Below are positions 57,701-64,000 of a stretch of DNA of 64,000 bases, in pieces. The DNA is taken from contig JBPCLP010000028.1 in assembly GCA_051003195.1 (NCBI GenBank), positions 53,939 to 117,938 on the forward strand. The letters are read 5' to 3'. A model generated the notes under the pieces. That model had not been told where the DNA came from and did not search any database. It saw nothing but the letters and a program-made list of their open reading frames with translations. The number at the start of each line of letters is the position of its first letter. Position 1 is the stretch's first letter. Origin of the DNA: Candidatus Sumerlaeaceae bacterium. GTDB taxonomy: Bacteria; Sumerlaeota; Sumerlaeia; Sumerlaeales; Sumerlaeaceae. The position numbers and the translations under genes were made by a program.

Positions 57701-60586
57701 GGGTGTAAGCAGCCTGCCTGTGTCCAGGTCGAGGAAGAGGTGGTGCCCCGTTCGGCGATCCTGGATAACGCGCTCGATCTTTTGCGCGGAAAGCTCGGCG
57801 GCAGCGAAAGTGGTGACTTTCTCCTGCGAACCGCTTATGTTGGATGCCTCAGAACTTTTGGCGTCATCGTTGGAAGCAGTAAGGGGGCGAGCGTCTTCCC
57901 TGCGCGATTCTGCATTTGTCGACTTCTCTTCGGCGGCCGCTGCGGCATATCTTAGCGTGACGTCGTCAAACCACACTGTTCCGGGGCCGTAGAGCGCGAG
58001 AACAACATCTATGTGTGGATATTTGGGCGGAATAGCGACATGGGTCGTATAATGCTTCCAGTCCTGGTCCACCGGAGGTTCCCACGGCTCTTTGGGGCCG
58101 ATGTACTGCGTCCACGCTTTCAGCGACCCTCCCTTGGTGTCTCGAAATTCCAGGTACAGTTTCGCATCCATCAACTGCTGCGCCTTCACCCACACACCGA
58201 TTTCCAGGTAGTCGGCATTCTTCGGCCGCAAAGGATCGACAGGAATAGCCTGCTGCCAGTAGACTCGGAAGTCGAGTTGCCGCTTTGTCTTGATGCACAG
58301 ACTCGCCTTCCCTGAATGAGCGACGCCGCGATCCCAGACATACTCGACTCCCCCCATAGGAGCATACTTTTTCCAATGAGCGGGCGAGCGCATTTCGTCC
58401 TCGTTCTCCATGCCGGGGTTGCGCACCAGGTTCTCGTCGGAGATTCTTGTGAAGCTGGCGGGAAGAGCGGTGTCCTTTCTCGAAAGTGGCTTGGGGGAGG
58501 CGGCCGGTAGTTCGGGTGTCGCCCGGGCAGCCAGGTAATTCGTGAGTCCCATCGCTCCTGAAGTCCCCAGGAATAAACAGACGGCCCCAGCTAAAACAGC
58601 TGGCAGGTTGTGCTGCCCGCGGTCTCTTTCGAAGTAGAAACGGAAGACAGAAATGAGCAGCACCGTCCCCAGGAGCGAACCGGCGGCTGTAATTGTAGGA
58701 CTCTCGATGGCCCGAGGCGGGGTCACTATAAAAAGGATGAAGACGACAACATAGTTAAAAAGAGCGACAATATAGACGGGGCGCCATCTCAGCAGCAGAC
58801 CGGCAATCAACAAACAATTTGTTAGAAACGCTATCGGAGCGGTCGTTGCGTTTTCCGAATTGGTCGCAATTTCCCATAGGCCCCAAAGTAAAATGAGGAT
58901 TACGATCCAGATCTGCCACGGAACTGTGCGAAGGGTGACATTGCTTGTAGTGGCGCCGTTCTCGGTCACCTGCGATTCGGCTGCTGCGGAAGGCCGCGTA
59001 ATCGCAATGCCTTCTGGAAAATAATAGCGGTATGCGGAAGCGACGAGCAGCAGCATAGCCAGATTGATTGCAGCTGCAGCTACATTTGCCTGCACAAAAT
59101 AAACGGCATGCACTGCCAGCAGAAACAGAGTCAGAACGAAAACCGGCCTCCAGCGAAACAGCAGGCCGCTTATCATCAGGCATTTGCCGGCCACCCACAC
59201 AGCCGCAAGGGGCTGCTTCGGTATGGATACCAGATTACCAAGACCTTCTAAGCCTAACAGGAGAATGGCCACCCAGATCTGCCACGGAACTGTGCGAAGG
59301 GTGACATTGCTTGTAGTGGCGCCGTTCTCGGTCCCTTGGGATTCGGCTGCTGCGGAAGGCCGCGTAATCGCACGATCCAGTGTGTCCGGATTGCTGAAAC
59401 GCGAAGAAAAAAACCAGTACGCCAGCCATGCAAGGGCAGGAATGGCCAGGAAGGCGAAATTGCCGATTCCGTTGAAGAGCACCATGTACGCTGCAAAGGC
59501 AAAGGTGAACAACGCGACATAATGGAAGAATTGCCGCGGCGCAGGTGGAGCCTGGAAGGTGGTGCCGGTCGGCCCGGACTGAGTCTCGTTCGAACGACTA
59601 TAATCAAAGGGCGCGGCGCCAGCGATAGTCTCGACTCGAGTTTTGATCTCACTCGCCTGCTGGAAGCGCAGTTCCGGTTCTTTCTCCAGCGCCCGCATGA
59701 CGATTTCGTCGAGGCGCACGTCGATAGTCACGTGACGGGACGGCGGGTCTAACCGGCCGCTGGGCATTTGCCCTGTCAGCATCTGGTAGAAGACGACGCC
59801 CAGTGCGTAGATATCCGCCCGGTGATCCACCTCGCCCGGATTCGTGACCTGTTCGGGCGCCATGTATTGCGGTGTGCCCACAATGCGCCCGGTTTCAGTG
59901 CCCGCTGTGCCTTCACTGGCTCTTGCCAGTATGCGAGCCACGCCGAAGTCGGCGATCTTCACCTGTCCCTGCCGGTTGAGGAGAATGTTTTCCGGTTTGA
60001 TGTCGCGGTGGACGATGCCGCGATCATGCGCGTATTGCAGCGCGTCGCAGATCTGCGGCACAATGGCCAATGCTTCCCGCGGGGCGATGCGCCGGTTAGC
60101 AATCAGCTCGCGCAGGTTTACGCCATCGACGTATTCCATGAGAAAATAGAACAGCCCATCGGCTTCGCCGAATTCGAACAGGGTAACAATGTGCGGGTGG
60201 TGCAACTTGGCCATGGCCTGGGCTTCGCGCACGAAGCGCTCCGAGAAGCTGGGGTCGGACTGCAGGCCCGGCGGGAGAATTTTGAGCGCGACCGTGCGGT
60301 CGAGCCGCTTCTGGCGGGCCTTGTACACCGCGCCCATGCCGCCGCGGCCCAGCAGCTCCTGGATTTCGAGCTCGGGAAATTTTGGGGTGAGCTCTTCGAT
60401 CAGCGGTGGAACAAAACCAGTATACTTGGTCTCACCTGCATCGGTTTCGAGCCCCACGTCGACGCCTGTTCCCAGCGCGACCTTAACCAGGCAATCGGGG
60501 CAGAGTCCCTGCGGCGCATCTGCCGGCAAAGGTTTGCTGCACTGCGGACACTTATTTTCGTTCATCATGGGTTTTCCTCTGCCCAT
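54752..60586 (-). CDS. Hanks-type Ser/Thr kinase with N-terminal Zn ribbon, multi-TM region and large extracytoplasmic mosaic
   Basis: CPQC..CPDC; LGRGGMGAVY, VALK, HRDIKPEN, DFG, GTPQYMAPE, DIYALG; TM modules; CBM-like NLVRNPG..AHSGK..VWFDDV domain. Confidence 0.93.
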   Translation of the reverse strand: MGRGKPMMNENKCPQCSKPLPADAPQGLCPDCLVKVALGTGVDVGLETDAGETKYTGFVPPLIEELTPKFPELEIQELLGRGGMGAVYKARQKRLDRTVALKILPPGLQSDPSFSERFVREAQAMAKLHHPHIVTLFEFGEADGLFYFLMEYVDGVNLRELIANRRIAPREALAIVPQICDALQYAHDRGIVHRDIKPENILLNRQGQVKIADFGVARILARASEGTAGTETGRIVGTPQYMAPEQVTNPGEVDHRADIYALGVVFYQMLTGQMPSGRLDPPSRHVTIDVRLDEIVMRALEKEPELRFQQASEIKTRVETIAGAAPFDYSRSNETQSGPTGTTFQAPPAPRQFFHYVALFTFAFAAYMVLFNGIGNFAFLAIPALAWLAYWFFSSRFSNPDTLDRAITRPSAAAESQGTENGATTSNVTLRTVPWQIWVAILLLGLEGLGNLVSIPKQPLAAVWVAGKCLMISGLLFRWRPVFVLTLFLLAVHAVYFVQANVAAAAINLAMLLLVASAYRYYFPEGIAITRPSAAAESQVTENGATTSNVTLRTVPWQIWIVILILLWGLWEIATNSENATTAPIAFLTNCLLIAGLLLRWRPVYIVALFNYVVVFILFIVTPPRAIESPTITAAGSLLGTVLLISVFRFYFERDRGQHNLPAVLAGAVCLFLGTSGAMGLTNYLAARATPELPAASPKPLSRKDTALPASFTRISDENLVRNPGMENEDEMRSPAHWKKYAPMGGVEYVWDRGVAHSGKASLCIKTKRQLDFRVYWQQAIPVDPLRPKNADYLEIGVWVKAQQLMDAKLYLEFRDTKGGSLKAWTQYIGPKEPWEPPVDQDWKHYTTHVAIPPKYPHIDVVLALYGPGTVWFDDVTLRYAAAAAEEKSTNAESRREDARPLTASNDDAKSSEASNISGSQEKVTTFAAAELSAQKIERVIQDRRTGHHLFLDLDTGRLLTPPREIIDTLNTTNTELTDILWQSVGTDEVPRPGRYIEWLRESGADLMYLGEDMVIGFDGLFAYSDLTAWENLPPWAIRDAWAAWDFKTPPPGNAKRTFHSAQLRSSGDTTAPEQKRHVARLTADRSRTWFFKTREGTTGVLELAGFSENPRGLKILYEVMGSSGDANSEVTSTTRVEAAGNVGPGRVSETSDMTAASKVLLSPSVERVLPHLTTETACMLDLDSGKLLTPTDEVMSEINQTVPNYSPSVLRWLRDSGADAFLSADGSVHILEGSFDPMDPRPAWNEIKASDVISATSIVSKEKREAAVAQPAFNRTALRTPAAVKFLTRERGRGVFQLSGPSETPRGMRVRYRLVRDEFEGEQAKQERTLRSQSPATAPVDTTTSPSQPQSLNKATSTTAFVSRPTAEVMPKVRAVQTLRATYRVIPYSSESPSAKNLKGMESRLLWDGSSFLLQEFNDRGLPDQSNRLTFSYDAQTKLMHSYNEFPKNRKADGSGTVVIEAPWCLDDHLTPLSLLGYGLFTNWSGTGKQRTETTDVKSMDLVDILLTQPEKIEFRGPAGKVNGLETVTWDAQVIGGDIHSQIWLSPTNGYAMAKFVQYDSKGPRIQYDIEKLEYLQHQGLWFPSRGRYRKWLNHDAAVWEKAANKMASRRGISVTQLEELITSDTAVRADVHQELLVELGGSWRTLAEDLLIEVNTKELNINAPVPKESMLFQYPAGAKIWDETQKRGYTVTAQNAGQRFDAPTTGPAELPPSHSADTTSSASFVRDLRSRQLSKDTVTLDLVVASGSTTSTKQVSVALGDTASAIVTRCNPARPATDDDPWIAYPAARGGDYKLFFLPEDGKEPDAKSDPLYAIIHYTAQNSQSGKFLLPKFLAGRVCAENTILRVKLDSGTTRTAVVALGMFPSDIASFFAPATDQSPEQERITYNAAYRGTYRLRFSHVHDGLNTAAPEEPVLARISHKESEDDSPQPVLFPYTPPKSF
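58907..59372. repeat. 100-bp direct repeat (58907-59006 and 59273-59372) inside the kinase gene
   Basis: Copies differ at 3 positions by manual comparison; encode AITRPSAAAESQ.TENGATTSNVTLRTVPWQIW. Confidence 0.9.
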
Positions 60587-60589
60587 GAT

Positions 60590-60615
60590 TTCGGGAACGG
60601 CGCGCGCATGTTACA
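60590..60615 (-). promoter_or_regulatory. Putative ECF-dependent promoter of the kinase gene
   Basis: Minus strand TGTAAC-N16-CGAA in the 42-bp gap between sigma and kinase genes. Confidence 0.4.
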
Positions 60616-60628
60616 GGCAGCGCAGAAA

Positions 60629-61369
60629 TCAGTGCGTTTTTGCAAGGATTCGGAAGAGGTGGCGCAGCTCGGATTCGATGTCGCGTGGGTCGGCGAGCGT
60701 GCCCGCGACTTCCTCGCGCATTTTGTCGCGGTACCGCTGCCGGATGCGCGACACAGCAACTCGGAAAGCGCCTTGCGTCATGCCGAGTGCTGCCGCGACT
60801 TCCGCTTGCGGCTGGTGGTCACCCGTCGCCGTGAGGTAGTGCCGAAGCACGGCGAACAGCTCCGCTTTGCCAGCGCGCGTGTACTCCTGCTCCAGTTCTT
60901 CAAGCACGTGTTTAAGCAGTGCCATCGCCCAGTCGCGCTCGAACTCCAGTTCCGGCGCGTGCGTGCTGGTACTGCGCGATGCGTAAACCGATTCCGCGAC
61001 TTCCGAAAGCGATTCGAAGTGCAGATTGCCGCCGCGTTTCTGCGTGCGCTCGCGGTCCCACTCGTCTGCCAGGAATCGCTTGAGCACCGTGAGCATGAAC
61101 GATCGGAAGCGTCCTTTCGACTGCTCCGCCCGCGCGATCCAGTTACGCTCGAGCAGGCGAACGAAGAACTCCTGCGTCAGGTCATGCGCGTCTTCCACGG
61201 AGTGCCCGCGCCGGCGCACGTAGCCGTAAAGGGCGGGCCAGTACTTGGCGCACAGCGTCTCGAGCGCCTGCCGCGACGCCGTGTCGTCCGGCTGCCCGGC
61301 AGATACAATGAGCGACCAGTGAGTGGTGACAAACAGGCCTGCAGGCGGGGCTGGGGTGGAAGCGCTCAT
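60629..61369 (-). CDS. ECF sigma factor of the Ser/Thr-kinase-associated type
   Basis: FVTTHWSLI N-terminus, LC.KYW.ALY.YVRR.G, DAHDLTQEFF, KGRFRSFML, FERDWA, RVAVSR.RQRYR. Confidence 0.9.
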   Translation of the reverse strand: MSASTPAPPAGLFVTTHWSLIVSAGQPDDTASRQALETLCAKYWPALYGYVRRRGHSVEDAHDLTQEFFVRLLERNWIARAEQSKGRFRSFMLTVLKRFLADEWDRERTQKRGGNLHFESLSEVAESVYASRSTSTHAPELEFERDWAMALLKHVLEELEQEYTRAGKAELFAVLRHYLTATGDHQPQAEVAAALGMTQGAFRVAVSRIRQRYRDKMREEVAGTLADPRDIESELRHLFRILAKTH

Positions 61370-61629
61370 GCCCGGTGACGTTACGGCAGTGCGTCCGGCG
61401 CACTCAAGGGGTAACTGTAAGCCGGGGAGGAGTCCCGGGAATGAGTTTCGAGGAGTTCCGGAGACGCGAGCAGGGACGTGTGCACCTTTCCCTCCGCAGT
61501 ACCTGGTGTCAGTCTCGCGAATCTCGGTAACCCGGAGCAGTGCCTGAGAGACTCGCGTAAGAATGTTGCAGTTGCCCGCCGCCGGGTGCCGGTTCCAATA
61601 GATTCAGACAATTTTACGTAAGGAAACTC

Positions 61630-62475
61630 ATGATGATGCGGCATAGAGCAGCTTTTCTGATTGCCCTCGTTGCGGTGGCCAGCGCCGCAAACTCCGAACC
61701 GGCCAGTCCCGCAGTTTCACCTGCGCGGTCCTCGTCGACTCCGGCCGTCGCAAGGCCTACAGTGCACCAACTGCCGCCGGACACCTACGCTCCAAGCATG
61801 GCGGAAGTAGCAAAGACGGCGGCGCCGCGCGTTAGCACACCGCAGGAGGCGCTGGAGCGGCTGAAACTCGGCAATGCACGTTTCTACAGCGGGGAAACGG
61901 AGACGGACCGTAGTTCCGTCAATGTCCGCCGTGCGCAAATCATGACACAGACGCCTTTTGCCGTCGTCCTGGGTTGCTCAGACAGCCGCGTTCCCATCGA
62001 AATTGTCTTCGACCAGGGACTGGGCGATATTTTTTCCATTCGTGTTGCGGGCAACATTGCCGATGCCGCGACACTTGGCAGTGTCGAATACGCGGTTAAC
62101 CACCTGAACGCGAGAATACTGGTGGTGATGGGTCATGAGGGTTGCGGTGCTGTTGCGGCTGCAATGTTACCGGTCGCCGACCAGCAAAAAGAAGCGGCCA
62201 ACGTACAGTACCTGCTGAAGGCGGTAGCACCGAGTGTAAAAAGCATCCCGGCGATTCGGGACCGGAAATCGCGCATGCGCGAAGCGGTGATTGCGAACGT
62301 GCGCTCGCAGGTGGCAAAGCTCCGCCAGAACCCGGTCGTCGCGGCCGCGATTGAATCGGGAAAAGTCCAGCTAGTCGGCGGATTCTACGAGATCAGCAGT
62401 GGAGCGGTCGATTTCCTCGAGACGGAGGAAGAACTGGCAGTTGAAACTTCTGCTGCAACGACTGGGGCGCACTAA
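61630..62475 (+). CDS. Beta-class carbonic anhydrase with signal peptide
   Basis: L..GNARF, LGCSDSRVP.E.VFDQGLGD.F.IRVAGN, VMGHEGCGAV; AAGGA SD; N-terminal signal peptide. Confidence 0.93.
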   Translation: MMMRHRAAFLIALVAVASAANSEPASPAVSPARSSSTPAVARPTVHQLPPDTYAPSMAEVAKTAAPRVSTPQEALERLKLGNARFYSGETETDRSSVNVRRAQIMTQTPFAVVLGCSDSRVPIEIVFDQGLGDIFSIRVAGNIADAATLGSVEYAVNHLNARILVVMGHEGCGAVAAAMLPVADQQKEAANVQYLLKAVAPSVKSIPAIRDRKSRMREAVIANVRSQVAKLRQNPVVAAAIESGKVQLVGGFYEISSGAVDFLETEEELAVETSAATTGAH

Positions 62476-62729
62476 TAAATTAAGGCAGAAATGCGGTGAC
62501 ATCCAAAGATGAAAGAAGCGGGGACACCTTGGCGGACAGCTCCGCGATATCGTTTCTACGACGGAATAACGGTGACGGTTGACTTTTATACTAATTAATT
62601 TGCTAAGATATGGGGGGCATCTCCTGATCTCGATCTCGGTTGAGCTTTCCGGTGGCCATTTTGTGGTAGTTGCGTGGCTCGACTTGCAACGAAGTTGATT
62701 TTGCTCGAAGGGACGGCGACTTAATCCGG

Positions 62730-63596
62730 ATGACGCTAAGAACGGCTGCCGAGAGAGTATATCTGATTCTGTTGTTTGGTTGCGCTGTGATTATGGGACT
62801 GGGATTCTCGCTGTCCCCGTTGTTCGTCAAACTCGACCTTGAGCGACAGGGTGCCCTTATAGTCCTCATCCTGATGCACGTATTTGGGGTGTTCTGGCTG
62901 GCGGTTGCATTGGGAATTGCGCGATGGGAGCGGCGGTGGGGTCGGCTGCTGTCGCTGACGGCGCTCGCACTGGTCGTTCTATGGCTTGCGCTACTTGCGG
63001 GTTATAGCACGTTGCAGGTAACGTATAAACCACCCCTGGCGATTGCAGTTTTGTGGGGATTGCTCGCGCTGTGCGTGCTTTCGAGAAAACAGATGGAGCC
63101 GGCTCGGCGACCGATGACCCCGATGCGATTCGTGCGCCTGACGGCAATGACGATCTTTTGCGTGGGTGCCGTGCTGATGCTGGTGTTCTCCGTTTGTGTC
63201 AGCGCGATGATGGTGTTCGGATTCGTGGCGCTTGCAACTGGACGGAAGCCGCCCGTGCCTGCCGAAGAGCTGTACGTGATGCCTCTTTATGCGCTGGCAG
63301 TTTTTGTATCCAGCCTCTACATCCTGGCAGGGCGACGGCGCTGGCAGGCTAACATTGCCATTTCCGCCTTGGGCGTGCTGCTGCTGTTCAGCCTGACGCA
63401 CCTTGCCCTGATATGGACAGGTATTCCGACGCCCTGGAGTGACGACGACATCAACATGGGCTACTCGCTGGGCGGCTATGGGCTCTTCATGCTGGCTGGA
63501 GTCATCCTGAAAGCGCTGCGGTTCTGGGACGATGAAGTCGCGGGAGTGCCGGAGCAAGCGGAGGTGGCGCCACAGCCCGAGGTGCCGGAAATTTAA
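62730..63596 (+). CDS. Hypothetical multi-pass membrane protein
   Basis: About eight hydrophobic segments; acidic C-tail. Confidence 0.7.
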   Translation: MTLRTAAERVYLILLFGCAVIMGLGFSLSPLFVKLDLERQGALIVLILMHVFGVFWLAVALGIARWERRWGRLLSLTALALVVLWLALLAGYSTLQVTYKPPLAIAVLWGLLALCVLSRKQMEPARRPMTPMRFVRLTAMTIFCVGAVLMLVFSVCVSAMMVFGFVALATGRKPPVPAEELYVMPLYALAVFVSSLYILAGRRRWQANIAISALGVLLLFSLTHLALIWTGIPTPWSDDDINMGYSLGGYGLFMLAGVILKALRFWDDEVAGVPEQAEVAPQPEVPEI

Positions 63597-63645
63597 ATTT
63601 GCACGTCACTGATTTACCTATCACCCTAGCAAGTAAGCCCAATCA

Positions 63646-63736
63646 GTGCCGCAGGCACGACCCTTTGCTTCTTAGCCCACCACGCAGTGGTGGGAACACG
63701 ACGCCGCTCCAAATACTCGAGTCCCCTTTAGGGGAC
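63646..63736. repeat. Three-hairpin palindromic intergenic element
   Basis: GTGCC-GCA-GGCAC; CCCACCAC-GCA-GTGGTGGG; GTCCCC-TTTA-GGGGAC. Confidence 0.6.
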
Positions 63737-64000
63737 GGCGCTTCAACCGTTTGAATGCATAAGGACTTAGGTTGAGAAGTGAACCCTAACCTGTGCTGCC
63801 ATATTTACTCTCCGCCCGCAAATACGGCGTGGACGTTCATCTGAATTATAGTGGAAAGCGGTACTAAAGTACGCGCACTTGTACGTAGGGTGCGTGGAAC
63901 ATTTCGAGCGTGGGTGTGGACATATACGAGTAGTCGTCGGTGGGGGGTGCAGGGGGGTGCTCCTCGGTCTGTGGATTGTGGAAAAGTTGTTTCAAAAACA

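Noticed and set aside
59768..61378. 536-aa plus-strand ORF
   Set aside because: Antisense to the well-supported kinase and ECF sigma genes.
1..64000. rRNA, tRNA, integrase, prophage or reverse-transcriptase systems
   Set aside because: No such signatures were found by eye; tRNAscan-SE and Infernal would be needed to exclude small RNAs.

Overview
Bacterial chromosomal window, moderately GC-rich. A PVC-like or Candidatus Sumerlaeota (BRC1)-like lineage is inferred from gene content and protein tails but is not proven. The left ~44 kb is mostly housekeeping and metabolism: 3' end of rarA, two PhyH dioxygenases, GH57/DUF3536-treY-rsmA, a 2137-aa poly-HAMP hybrid histidine kinase, an isomerase/PfkB pair, DUF1800/DUF1501, jag-dxr-rseP, alkA, gltX, an orphan oppC, wecA-like-cdd-psuG-metF, FHA-EAL, rplI-pyrH-frr and an ECF sigma. 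An AT-richer islet (~32.0-33.8 kb) holds a divergent MazF/PemK-type toxin-antitoxin pair, an unlisted 47-aa membrane ORF and a candidate structured RNA. The right ~20 kb is accessory: two large, unrelated secreted proteins that both end in VPxx[VL]SxFxLE-stop (candidate uncharacterised C-terminal sorting signal, the top lead), an ECF sigma fused to ~9 TM helices, an ECF sigma paired with a 1944-aa mosaic Ser/Thr receptor kinase, a secreted beta-carbonic anhydrase, a RAYT transposase remnant and several palindromic REP-like elements. No rRNA, tRNA or CRISPR array was seen. All calls are from reading motifs by eye; no searches were run.
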